A stretch of DNA of 60,723 nucleotides, counting the filler, from Platydemus manokwari (taxonomy: Eukaryota): the NCBI GenBank assembly GCA_037951405.1. It is 5 parts of 5 records of this genome, joined end to end, with 100 filler letters (N's around TTAATTAATTAA, not from the genome) between each part and the next. Parts side by side here need not be neighbours in the genome. Positions count along the whole stretch, not along the records: positions 35,021 to 49,226 come from JBBMOY011505859.1; positions 49,327 to 60,723 come from JBBMOY010704429.1; 3 more parts are not named here. One strand, written 5' to 3'. The first letter of the stretch is position 1. Each line of letters begins with the position of its first letter. Both the position numbers and the translations under genes were made by a program. This document shows, one piece after another, positions 43,831 through 57,300 of the stretch. The notes under the pieces are model-generated. The model was not told the origin of the DNA, made no database searches, and worked only from the letters and a program-made list of their open reading frames with translations.

Positions 43831-46799
43831 GATAGTGAAATCAATTCTAAGTCTTATCAGTACTCTGAGTCCGTCTTGACCCTCAGGTAGTATTATGACT
43901 TTATGAGTTTTGTCATTTATTCGCCTCGACGATCACTTCTTATATGATGATAAGTGGATCGGCGTAGAAATCGATTTTACTTTAGTAATCGCTTCTATTA
44001 TTGTCCTATTTATGGTATTGATTTTGGATGTTGTTGATTCTTACTACCAGTCTCACTTAATAATGCACCAGAATAACTTTAAAAGGTGATGAATGATAAT
44101 GAATTATATATATTATGAAATTGTGATGTCTTAGGCCTACTGGCAGATTTAAAATCAATTTAATGTGTGTACTACAATGATTTATTATTAATTACAATTA
44201 TACACCAATTACTACTTCTATACAATTATGGGGTTATAAACTACTACTTGTATGATACTGTATACAATTATTAACAATGAATACGATATACATTGGTTTT
44301 ATGCAACTACTTTTATACACATAAATGACATATAAACGACAATTCAGGGAAGCAGATGTTGGACCAACAGTTACCCTTCGTGCTATTGGGTCAGTGTCAA
44401 ATATTCAGAGTTTTTTTCCGAGCTCGGGTCGATAAATAGGAAGAATGTGCGTTATATATAATTGAATATGTTATTTTAAATGTATTATCTTACTCTTTGT
44501 TTTTCCAGTCGAAAATACTGGAAATATCTTAATCTCCGTCCCGCCAATGAATCGTCGGGTTCTTGTATACATTTTCTTATCGTGTTCTGGTGTTCTCGTA
44601 TTGTATATCGTGTGCTTTAATGATTACGGTTATTGCCTTATATAGACAGTGGTGAGTCATTCACAGATATTCTCTGCGTATATTAATGCACGGTAATTTA
44701 TTTTATTAAATGCATGGCTATTATTTTATTTAATGCATAGATATTACTTTATTTCAGCTGGATATTTGATTCGCAGTGCGTGATAATTTATTGCGCTGGA
44801 TTATTTCATAGATAGATTCACTTTGTGTTTTGTTTTAATTAGTGAGTTTTTATAACGTTATTTTAATGTAATTAATTTTATTATATCAATGCCGGGTTTC
44901 TTATTAATTATAGGGATTGTAAATTGGGGTTTAAATTATATATTATATTATATATTATTATATATTACTATATAAAATATACCCATCAGTCACAAAATTC
45001 CCCTGAATTTTCATAAAAAATGTTTTTTCATGCAATAATAAAAATTATATATTAATGCATGCAATTTATGTTAAAAATTTGCCATAGACTCCAAAACCCA
45101 ACAAAAATATGATTCATGAAATAATATCTGTATTATCTGGGTCAATGTTACCAGATGAATGATTTAATTATGTTAGCTATGTATGGTTTAATAATGTTAT
45201 TCAAACTCAACAGCGTGAGTTCTTCATTGCTTTCGCTTGTTAGTATTAACATTGACTATTTTAGTGAATAGCGGTCGATAACAATGTTATTTGATATTTC
45301 GATCTGATTGATTTTTATTCGTAAATGACAATCAACACTTTAAAAGGTTATTATTTAGAAATTTGTTATTTTGTTAAAAAATTTTTAGTGATAATTTGAT
45401 GTATTCTACAAAAACGTGTAATAATTTTATTGAATGTGTGACATTATTATTATTCTGTATGTTACGATGTGTATGATATTTCTTAATGGGTGTTGCAATA
45501 TTTCAACTCAACAGCGTGAATCCTTTTAAAATTTGTTAATACGGTTTAACTATCAAAATAATCACACACAATTTCGATATCAAAATGTATTTATAATATT
45601 ATACAACAAATCGTACACACTAATTTAACTCAATCAATTTTTTACTACAAGTTGTTTTGGTTATCTCACCGGGAATTGTAATTCAATAAACATATTATTT
45701 TATATTACTTTTGTTAACTTATTTAACTTTTTCTTTTGAATATGATAATCGATTTTGTGATAATTGACTTGATCGCAACAAGATAACAACAGAAGTACTT
45801 TTAATCTACGCAAATTGGGTGTGCTTTTTGGTTTAATAAATTATATTTCAAAATTTGGGTTACATGTTTATGGTAATGATAAAATATTGAAGTATAGAAA
45901 TAGTAGAATCAATAAATAGGTTGAATTTATAATTTATTTAATTAAAATAATCAATACAATACATCAATGTTGGGTTATAAATTATTATTTATTTATCCTA
46001 ATGCACCATATGAAAAACAGATTCGGCGAAGCGTTGAGTACCTAATCGACAGGAGAAGGTTAATTGTTTAATTGTCTAATCGCCAAAACGTATCAAAGGA
46101 ACTGGAAATAATACAGAGTTTTAAAAAATCAGTATTGTGTTGATAAATTTGATAATATAATAATTCCAAGATTAAAAATGAAATTGAATTTTTATACAAG
46201 TTTAAATATTATAGAAACATTTTCAATTACCGTACACCTTGTCTTCACAATTGATTAAAGCGCAAGTAAGTCACATTATCAAATAGTTAGAACTCAAGGA
46301 GACTGATTAAATGAACATAGTGTGAGTTTAAAAGAAACTGACAGTAAAAATACGAACGATATTTCATAAACCAATGATTTAGTTAAATTTATTAGTAAAA
46401 ATTATTTTACTTTGAAATTCACAAGCCCAGCATCTAATTTCAGTCTTATTAATTCGAATATTATATAATATAGTTCGTAACTATTAGTTACAGAGGTCCA
46501 TGGATTATTTATGAAGCCTTTTAACAAATTGAAAACTTACTATGCGTATTGGGGGTGCTATAAAAGAAAAGAAAATGTGATAACCCCCCTAAATCAATAT
46601 TCTAGTATTATTATAAATTATATATTTTACTAATATACTTTTATGGTTTACAAATTCATTGAAATTATGCTGATAAAAACATTCATGTTGCTGATATAAT
46701 CTCAATCGATTTAATTATTGAAGAAAATTATCATTCCAACTAAAAATTATTATTGAACTGAAAATATCGATAAATGTGAAAGAAAAATAAAATTATTCT

Positions 46800-49130
46800 T
46801 TGCATATTCGACAATATTTCAGAAATATAAGCGTGGATTTGGATAGCCTTGAATTGCATTTTCAAATTACTGGAATCACTGGGTTCAGATTCATTTAAAT
46901 CTGATGAGCCATGATTAGCGTTATTCCATTCAATCGATATCTATAAAAATATGTTCACGCAAGAACTATTCAATAAATTATAAAATTTAACATCTATAAA
47001 TCAGTTATTACTATTATTAATTTAAATTTTTATAAAGGATATCCATATTGGATATTTAAAAATGCCAACAAGTTGTTCCAGACTCATTTTTTGTCTGAAA
47101 TCTCTGATAAATATTTTTCGTATCAATTTATTTTTAAAGTATAATTTTATCCAAAAGAAAATTAAACAAAACATCATTTTTTTCTCACCTTCAACTAATT
47201 CATTATATCGTGAACGAGATTTGAGTTTGTCGATATTTGGCGCCAACATTTCAAGGCTAAACAAATAATGGATGACAAAAAACAAACAATTTGTAATACG
47301 TTTCACGCTTCATTTATTCTCTTTTCCGAATGATTTAATATTTTGGTTTCGTTTCACGATTCGTTGAATTATTTCTGCTAATCGAAGCTTTCAATTTAAT
47401 TATCGATTTTTTTATTGATACTGCATGAGAATTGTGGGCAAGAGATTTTATAATAATATTAAAAACAACACTGTGGTGACATCCAAGATTAATTGCAACC
47501 TTAACGACGATACTATAAGATGAAGTTTTTTTCTAAATTGTTAGCGCTTATTGATATTGATTCCAATGCATCTACAAGTCATTCTTTGATAGTAAAGTAA
47601 ATATCTCACGAATGAAAGTATTTTTGAAGTATTTTTATGAAGTATTTTTTAGCAGTAGCCATTTCATTCAAATTATCCTCAAAGAAATCCAGGAGAAATA
47701 TTTCCAAAATCAATATAATATTCCATTTTCAAAAATCATTGATCCTCACATCATCATAAGGTTTGTGAGGGTTGTTGGTTGGAGCCATTTATTAATTCAG
47801 CAGGTATTTCATGTATTGGCAGATTTTTAATGGCGAATATGTTCTCAGATAAACCAAGTTTACAAGCAATATCATTTATTAGTTGCTTTCAATAATTTCT
47901 TTCACATCACCGTGTTCACATCTCAATTACTAAGATAAGTATTACAATATTTCATTGAATCGAAACATATTAATATTTATCTCTTTTGTATTTTAAATCG
48001 CAAAACAGTAGTTCACAGAAAATAATCGATAAATTAGGCTTATAAAATTCCAACAGATAATTGATGAAAGAAAACGAGAAAAAAGTGTTTGATAGTATTC
48101 GATATTGGCCATAAAAAATTGAATCGAAACCATGAATAGGACGGTATATCAGCATCTCGGTTTCAATTTCTTTATACTGAATATAATAAATCTTAATACA
48201 ACCGGTCTCACAATCGTCTGAAACACAAATCGATTTTCGCAAAACAATTAAATAAATTATCGAAAATATCTCTACCAGTTTAATGACGACTTTGTCGGCT
48301 TTTTCAATTCTGTCCGAATCTGTTAATTGAAATATTCTAATTAATCCTCTCAATTATAGAGATCATCAGTTTCAAACCGCATAATCTCAAACCAATCGCG
48401 CCACATATCAATGGGAAAAAAAATTAATTAACAATTATTTTCTGTTAATAAGATTTGGATTTCTCTATAATCTTTATAATTTACCGCTGTGATGATAACA
48501 AGTATTGATATCACTTCCAAAAGTGAGGAAACCTCTGAGGAAATTTCTCTATTTCAACCACATTATTTGGAGGAAACACAATGAGAGTCCATTAAAGCAT
48601 AATTTTTCTGAAAATGGAAATATTGAGAATTGTTTCATTGATTGTTGTGACCTTTTCATCAGTTAGTGGAACATAACAGAATGATCGGGAATATGTCATT
48701 ATTTATTTAGACATTTGTTATGGTTCAAAGGAAACATAAAATAATCTATTATTAAATAGAATTCAACATTCTTTTAGCTTCCGGTCTGGCTTAGTTGTTA
48801 ATAACCATAGATTTCTGTGAAAGGAATTTCTGAAAATCACTGACTGATACAGACTTTTTTAATAATGATATTTAGAGTTTGAATGGCTCATAATCCGAAT
48901 TTTAACAGACGATTATATTTGTGGCCGTAAAATAATCGAATATTAAATAAAGTATCTTGACGGTTTGGAAACTGATATAACATAAATGGTCGCACAAATA
49001 CATCAATTTTTTAAGGATAAGAAAATCACTTTGTTAGCTTCCAATTGTTCTGGCAAAATATAAAGTACCTTTAATCTTCAATGGATTGCGAATAGTATCA
49101 TAATTATTATTTCTTCTGGATTTTTCATAA
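46800..49130 (-). pseudogene. Decayed, apparently intronless coding-like region of unknown family
   Basis: Successive broken minus-strand reading frames (47022-47306, 47970-48353 and flanks) with protein-like composition; no family recognised. Confidence 0.3.
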
Positions 49131-49226
49131 ATTTATTTATAAATCGATACCATACAGATTTGAATCTTATTATTAAATGATAATAGTTATTATTTCTGGA
49201 TTTTTTATAAATTTATTTATAAATCG

Positions 49227-49326
49227 NNNNNNNNNNNNNNNNNNNNNNNNNNNNNNNNNNNNNNNNNNNNTTAATTAATTAANNNNNNNNNNNNNNNNNN
49301 NNNNNNNNNNNNNNNNNNNNNNNNNN
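49227..49326. other. Artificial contig spacer
   Basis: 44 N + TTAATTAATTAA + 44 N. Confidence 0.98.
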
Positions 49327-49327
49327 A

Positions 49328-50614
49328 AAAGATTGGGATAAATTAGAACACTTATTGAAAAACCGAGATACAATCAAAAAAGCAGACTTTCTAATATCAG
49401 CTTCTCAGATACATAGAGAAGAATTCTATAAAAAATTCTTAGAGGATAATGCCGAAGTCATGCCTGAATTAAATACAGAAATATTAAAAGAAATTCTAGC
49501 ATATCTAGGAATGAAGGATTTTACAAGACTAATTCGAAATCTACCATCTGACGAAATCTATGATATCATAGAACATTTTACACAAGAAATACAAGAAGAG
49601 ATTATCTGTAAATTACCTTATTATAAAGCACAAGTATTAACAGAGGTATTATCATGCCCTACTGAAAGTGCAGGTAGAATGATACAAAAAGACTTTATTA
49701 CTGCTCATCCAGATTGGACTATCAACCAAGTCATCGAATTATTAAGAACGTATAAAACAAGGCATATACAAAAAGAACTATACGATATATATATAACTGA
49801 CCCTGACAAAAAACCAATCGGGAGAGTCAATCTAACCGCATTATTATGTAACGATAGGAACACTAAAATTTCCAATATTATGCTTACAGATTTCAAAAAA
49901 ATAGAAACTGGCTTAGGGCAAGAAGAAACGGCAATTCTATTCCGTAAATATGAGTTACTTTCTGCACCAGTAATAAATGAGAATCAACAAATGATAGGTG
50001 TAATATCATGTGACGATATTATGCACATTATACAAGAAGAAGCAGAAGAAGATCTATTACATCTAGGTAAAATATCAGAAAATGACTTGAATGCAGGTAT
50101 ATTTCATACATTTAAAAGAAGAATAGTATGGCTTTTTATTACTTTCTTTACAATAAATATAGCTTCTTTTGTAATAGGTTTTTTCAATGAAACACTCAAA
50201 AAGTCTGTAACAATATCAATTCTAATGCCAATTATTGCAGCAATGGCTGGTAATAGCGGAATGCAATCAGCTACTATAGCAATACGCGCACTTGTAACAG
50301 GGCAATTATCGTATATAAACTATAGAAGAGTATTATTAAAAGAACTATTAATAGGTCTATTCAATGGAATAGCATTATCTATATGCATATTTACCACAAT
50401 ACTATTAAGATACCATAATGTAGAGATAGAATTCATTTTTGTATTCTCAATGCTATTTGTTGTAACAATCGCAACAATTGTTGGATCGGCTATTCCAATC
50501 ATAATCCATAGATTGGGTGGTGACCCAGCACTTTCATCTTCTGTCATCACAAGTTCTATCACAGATATCCTATCCTTTCTAATATTGTTATCAGTCGCTT
50601 CAATTATCCTATAA
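49328..50614 (+). CDS. mgtE: Bacterial magnesium transporter MgtE, 5'-truncated by the contig edge
   Basis: Intronless frame open from 49328. MgtE N-domain, ESAGRMI, tandem CBS domains (YELLSAPVINENQQMIGVISCDDI), EEAEED, RIVWL, MPIIAAMAGNSGMQSAT, DPALSSSVITSSITDI. Confidence 0.95.
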   Translation, partial: KDWDKLEHLLKNRDTIKKADFLISASQIHREEFYKKFLEDNAEVMPELNTEILKEILAYLGMKDFTRLIRNLPSDEIYDIIEHFTQEIQEEIICKLPYYKAQVLTEVLSCPTESAGRMIQKDFITAHPDWTINQVIELLRTYKTRHIQKELYDIYITDPDKKPIGRVNLTALLCNDRNTKISNIMLTDFKKIETGLGQEETAILFRKYELLSAPVINENQQMIGVISCDDIMHIIQEEAEEDLLHLGKISENDLNAGIFHTFKRRIVWLFITFFTINIASFVIGFFNETLKKSVTISILMPIIAAMAGNSGMQSATIAIRALVTGQLSYINYRRVLLKELLIGLFNGIALSICIFTTILLRYHNVEIEFIFVFSMLFVVTIATIVGSAIPIIIHRLGGDPALSSSVITSSITDILSFLILLSVASIIL

Positions 50615-50633
50615 ATAAAATCATATAGAGCAA

Positions 50634-51090
50634 ATGAATATAAAAAAAATAAATATCAATATCTTCAAAAAACATAGTCAACAGTCTAATACTAAAAAAT
50701 TTCGTTATAGAAATACTGTGCTATTCAAGATATTACTTATTTTTGTAAATTCATTAGTCAAAATGGTACGTAATGATGGGTTCGAATATGCAGGGTATAT
50801 GACATTTCTAATGATATTATCAACTTTCCCTTTCATCTTTCTGCTTACAGCACTTGCTGGTTTTGTCACATACGTTTTTGGTACAAGCATAATCAATATG
50901 TCAGTTATTATAGACATAATTTTCTCAGGGTTACCAGACGCTACTTCAAGAAGTTTGAAACCTTATATATCAGCAATAGTGAATATCCCTAATATCAACT
51001 TGATAAAAATGGTGATTGCAGGTGCATTATGGACAAGTTCTTCATTAGTCGAAGGAATAAGAACTATTCTCAATAAAATATATGCTAATG
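50634..51090 (+). pseudogene. yihY: Bacterial YihY/BrkB-family membrane protein, C-terminally truncated
   Basis: Starts 19 bp after the mgtE stop. DGFEYAGYMTFLMILSTFPF and GALWTSSSLVEGIRTILNKIY resemble Rickettsiales YihY. Similarity stops after NKIY; the ORF tail to 51182 appears to be read-through into non-homologous DNA. Confidence 0.85.
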
Positions 51091-51398
51091 CTTATAGTTC
51101 TATTACCAGAGAGAGACTGCCAAGAATTTGTTTGTACATATTTTATATTTCAGAAATATCTATCTATACACAATCTAGATAATACTTCTATTTTGGCATG
51201 AATGTACCTAATATGGTAATTCCATGAAAATTACTTATGAATAGAACTTTAAAATAAGACATTCTTAAAAGCTTGAAAAATCATTAATGTAAAATATTTT
51301 TGAAATAAACTGTCATTTGATTTTTATGGTCATGGGGAATAATATCGAATGTACCGACTCATTCAAAGTTCAGTTAATATAGATTTTTTTGCTTATAG

Positions 51399-54300
51399 GT
51401 TGGGAAAAACCACAGTGGTTTGCTGTAAATGAAAACGAGAGAGGATATAAACCAAGTTTCAGAAGATCAAATTGGTTTAGTGCATTGGAGCGAGAATGTA
51501 AAAGTGTTGTTGAAAATTTGGGATTAATTGATTTAACATCATTCGCCAAATTTATTATTTCCGGAACAAATTCAGAAGAGTATTTGGATAAGGTAACTGC
51601 AAACAATATTCCACAAATTGGGAACACGTGTATCACACATCTGCTCACACCAAGAGGTCGTGTTTATTCAGAATTAACTCTCACTAAAATAGAGGAAAAC
51701 AAATTTATCGCTATTACTGGAGCTGGTTCAGAATTTCATGACTTATGGTGGTTGGAGAATAAAGCTCGATTACATGGATATTCAGATTCGGTGAAATTCG
51801 AAAATATTACTGATAAAACTGGTGTTTTAGGAATAGCTGGTCCTAAATCAAGAGAATTCTTGCAACCATTGGTAAATACTGATTTGACTGCAGATGGATT
51901 TAAATTTCTGCAACATCGGAAAGCAGAAGTTTTTGGAATCCCTGTTAGCTTAATTCGCATTAGTTATACCGGTTTGTTGTATTTTATTTAAATATTTATA
52001 AGGTTAATGAGTTGATGTATGTATATAATTATTATTTAATAATAATAGTAAGAATAACTACTTGTACATTTAGCGTATATATTATCAATTCAATCTTGCA
52101 TGTGAACCAATAACATATCCTTGTCCTGTCCTTCTCAATGAATTGCTCTTTGAAACAGGAATTATTATAATAATATCAAATAATTGTTAATTTTGGAATT
52201 GATCAAATTTAAAAGTTCTACTCTATCCTAAATCAAATTCCTTTCTTATATTGATCCGCACTGGTTAAAAGCAAACGTTTTTGTTTAAAATAATATTTAT
52301 TTTAATACACTTTACATATGATATCAATTAAAATCACCACAAGGCACAAACTCAGTTAATAAATGTCACTGAATAGTATTGATAAATTATAATAATATAA
52401 AAGAAATATAAAACAAAGAAAATATCGAATTAGAAAATAATACATAAGGAATGACACCCTTAGCGAATTCTAAATAGTTACTGCTAACTATCAAATTTAG
52501 AGAATTATACTAATCTTGCTCTCTTTGAAAATATATACAATTTTATTACGAAGAAAACTGACTCAATGGGATTGTATTTTTCACATTAATTATTAGACCA
52601 ATGTTACAACTGAACAATTCGAGCCAGTTCAAGGAAACATTGTAACTACTTTACAATCGTTTATCGAGAAATTTGGCCAGTAGAATTTATAATCCAGAAG
52701 CGTGAGTTCCAGTTATTAAGCAATTTTATTCATTGTTAAAATCAATTTAATAATTTTTCTACACCGTAAAAATTCTAATTGAACTTCTTTCAACTAGAAT
52801 ATTCCTAAAAATTACATTCAGATCAACTTAAAATATTTAATAATAGTGGTTACTAGGCAATTAGGCCTAAAACCCAATAAAATCAACAATCAGAACTCTA
52901 AGACATCTCAAATACTTTGAATTCTATCAATATAGAACCACAAATAGTTTTAAATAAAGCGAATTTGTCAAAAATAATTGTCATAAATATTTTTATTTTA
53001 CTTTATTGTACCTCAATAAAATTTGATTGTATTTCATTGATTGTATGACGAATAATAACAATCGCATATTATTTAAATAAAATTATATGTTCTATTTATT
53101 GATTTATAATTCAACATCATATCCTGTTTATAATATACATACACCTTTTGGATTCAGGTGTACTTAATTAATATTATTAATGAAAGTTAATTAGAGCTCG
53201 ACCCATTTACTTCAAATTATATTAATTAATTCGCATATAATATTCAATTTATTTTGATCCATATTATATTAAATCCAAAGACTAGCAAATCCAAACAATT
53301 TTTGATAATTTTCCAAATTGGTTAAGTTTGAAAATAGGGAAGAAATAATTTGTTAAATTAATATAATTCATCAATCATTTTTAATGAAATAAAATGTCCT
53401 TGAAATGCATGTAAATAACCGCAATTATCATAAATCAATATTTATTTGTAGTATTAGGGTTTGGAATAATTAATTTTATTGAATTTGTAGTTTGAATATT
53501 CACTATAATTAATTAAGTGAAAATCGTTTTTTTACAAGTATATTTTATTTTAATACAATCTAATACATGAAATCAGCTTAATCAATAATTAATGTTAAAA
53601 AATTTAATCATTAAATACAACATGAGTCTAATGCGACGAATACCACCAAAACGGAAATAATCTTTATCCAAAATTGACTGTGATTAAAATGAAATTAATT
53701 TTTCATTTCGAATAGATGTTATGAATTTTTTATTTTATTCTTATTTCACGTTTATCAATTTCTATTATGTCCTTTTATCTTAATAATTTATGCGTATATA
53801 TACAAAATTATATTATGATCAACAATTATTATAATATTTGTATTAGTCACGTGATTGCTTATTTTAATATTCAGTTATTTGACATTGTTTTTGAATATGC
53901 ATTCACTATAACTGTTACTGTATTAATTAGATCATATATGACACAAATTAAATTAATAATCCTCAAATAGAAATTTATTAATACCGATGTAGTATTAAAT
54001 AAAGTGTTTTGTAGAAAATTTGAGTCCTGGAGTTGAATTATAAGTCTATTTAATTTGCTTCTGTCCTTTCTCTATTTGAATAGTATTTTAACTGCGTGAT
54101 TAAATACTTAATTTGTTTAAATACGATTGCCTGAAGTTATTTTTCGTTGAAATTTTTCACATTCCTGTGACAACTGGCATGGTTGTTTTGGAGATTTAAC
54201 AACTTTTTAAAATTCATTGTAGTATAAACATACGAATCCTTTCTAAAAATAGTTTTGTTTTTTATTTTTAAATGTTAACTGGTGTTTATTTTTTCTGTTT

Positions 54301-57300
54301 GATTAACCTGTTTGTTAGACGCAAATTATTTCAACACTTGAGAACTATTTTTTATTAGTACTAACTTAAATTTGCGATAATAATTCGTTCAAAATTAGCA
54401 AGAGAGAAGTTATATTTAAAATTTATTATTATTATTTCTAGTTACGTAACAAATTTCAATATAGAACTAAATTCATCGTGAATTGACTATTTCAACCTGG
54501 CTAATTTATTTTTATCGTAATTGTGATTAATTTTATTTTATATCATTAGCTTAATTTTTTTTCAGGTATAATAATAAATTTTGAATAACTTTGTTATTTT
54601 ACTGAAATACTTATCGGTAATTTAATTTTAATCTATCGATAAGTTTAACTAAATAACAACACGAAACAGGTACACCAAGTGTAAAAGTATAGTTCTCACT
54701 TTAAAATGATTAACAAAATTTAAAGAATATATTTCATTAAAAGTTATTTAATATATGATTTAGTTAATATCTAATTTATAGAGATTTATTCAAAAATGTA
54801 TTAGGAGAACTTGGTTGGGAAATATACTGTCCAATGGAGAGGCTGAAAGAACTGTTTAGTAAATTGCAGGACCATGGAAAACATTTCAAACTCATGAATT
54901 TTGGTGGGTATGCAATGAATTCTTTGCGAATCGAAAAAGGTTTCCGGATGTGGGGAAATGATGTTAGTAAAATATTTGATGTCAGAACTTTTAATTTTCT
55001 TTATATATATGTGTGTAAGTGGTTCTACAGAAAATCACACCCAAACAAAACCTGTGAGAATCAGTTGAATATTTAAAAATAACATTCACTGTATAGCAAT
55101 ACATCCTGTCTCTATAAATTTAAATTCTTTCTATAAATTTAAATCAAAGTGCGAGTTTTTATTGTTAAGAATTTTTATAAAACAGAAAACTGTTGCGAAG
55201 TAGGTCGAATATTTGAAGAATTCCAGGATATATTAATTAAATGTAAGTCATTTTCATTTTTAATTGAGAAATTTAAATCAACTAGAAGTATTGACAAAAA
55301 AGTACAAGACAAAATGGATGATACTTTTTCCAACAGTCATTTAAGAATATTAGCATTTGAAAATCTTCGGTTCATCGCATTCTTAAAATGAATTTGGATC
55401 TCAAATGTTATCACTTTTTTTTGCTTCAGCAACTCATAAGTAACGGTCCTGATGTATGACTGAACTTCACAATAAGATCCCGAAGCTAACTGATAAAATG
55501 ATTTGGACAGATGACTGCAAGTCTTATCTTAATGAATCACTTTATAAATATTTAATGATCAGTTAAAATCAAAATATCCTTTATGTGAAATTCACGAATC
55601 ATTAGCTTTAAGGCGGGCATTTTGGTGCAGCAGATTATTACCTGCTTATTTACCTGCTTATAGTCCTAATGACAAAAATTAATTTTCCATACTTCAATAC
55701 ATGTTTGTAGACCATGTATTATTCGAAGTATGGCCTGGAAGATGGAGCAATGCTGCATTTTACTGACACATCATGAGCTATTTGAACCATAACTTTCCAA
55801 ATTGTTGAATTGATCTCCGAGAACATTTTTTAGAGTGTACTCCAACATCATTAAACTTTACGTTATTTAATATTTTCCTCTGAGGTCTTATTAATGAAGT
55901 ATATCAGAGCCATATTCAAAATTTAGATTGACTTGAAAATAAAATTTACGGTATATCATGACGTTGATGAAAGGCATTGTAAAAGGTATGTTCTCGAACT
56001 GTTGAGAAGCGAATTCATCTTCGCATTAATGAAAATAGTGGATTTGAAAATAACATTTGAAAGTTGGTTTGTGGGTTGTGTTGTTGGACACTAAACTATA
56101 ATGTGCATAATATTATGATGATTGAAATTCAAAATTGATTTTACATGTGATATTCTATTTATTTCTTTAAACAAAAGCATATTTTTACACGTCTTGATAT
56201 TCATGCAAAGATTTATATTTAACTTTTAATATTTATCTCAGTTTTATCAAACGATTGAATCTATTTCTCATTAAATTTAACTCAAAGGTTTCGTTTAATC
56301 TACGAAAAATTGAAAATCTTTTGTTTAGGAAAGCTTTTCATTTATGTCTGTATTTGATTCGTGTCATTATAGCCATTTTGAAAGCATATTTTATTTGATA
56401 TTTCTCAATGACAAATCAAGGCAGGTTGCTATCTCGAATTGACATTACAGCACTGTTATGACTTCATTATATAGCTGAATTATTCTTTACATATCCTAAA
56501 ATCATTTAATTTTTATTTCATTTTATAGATTTATAAGTTCTCAAGGAATACACTCGGACGACATCAATAATTAATATATAAATAATATTAAGATCAGGAG
56601 TGGTATCGATCATGTATTGCAAGAATATTTGCGTAGATTTATTGATTTCTAAATAAGAAATAGTTTAAGCTTAACAAAAAAACATTTGAGTTAAACTAAT
56701 TTTTCGATTAATGAATTCGGAATTTTAGTGTAGTGATATTTTTATTTTCATTTCATTCCCTATATACGATAATATTAATTTTACGATCTGATTTTATCGG
56801 AATAAAGTTTTTATTAAAATTTATTTCTATTTAGATGACAATGGATACAAATCCGATTGATGCTGGTTTAGGATTTTTTGTGAAACATAAAAAGGTGTTT
56901 TCAATATATTGACATATGATTTTTCGGTAGCTTAAAAGACAAATTATTACCGTTTGTCTTTTATTTCTTAAATTTTTGTATAACAAATAATTAAAAAAAC
57001 AATATCATAAATAATTAAATATTTTAATCCTTATTTAATAAAAATTGTTCATATCAGTCAATGAAAATGATTTACATCGCGCACTTCTGACTAATTCAAT
57101 AAAACCTGTAACTCGATCTTTTTATATAGTGTGAGCTTTGTTCCAGTTTAATCATGTTATTCCTTGTCTTTCCTCTTTCTTTTTATATTCAGGTACGAGA
57201 TCTGGACAGGGAATTTCATATATATTGTCCATTAGTTCGAGACTTCTTAGTCCCTCTGGTTCAGAATGAATGTGAACTCGGAGATAGGATCAATGGCTAA

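Noticed and set aside
49105-49226. ~40-bp direct repeat at the contig end
   Set aside because: Short, AT-rich and at an assembly edge; no further structure.
51091-51182. C-terminal tail of the 182-aa YihY ORF
   Set aside because: No resemblance to YihY; read-through past the junction.
49705-51960. Minus-strand ORFs opposite mgtE, yihY and DMGDH
   Set aside because: Antisense shadows of real coding sequence.
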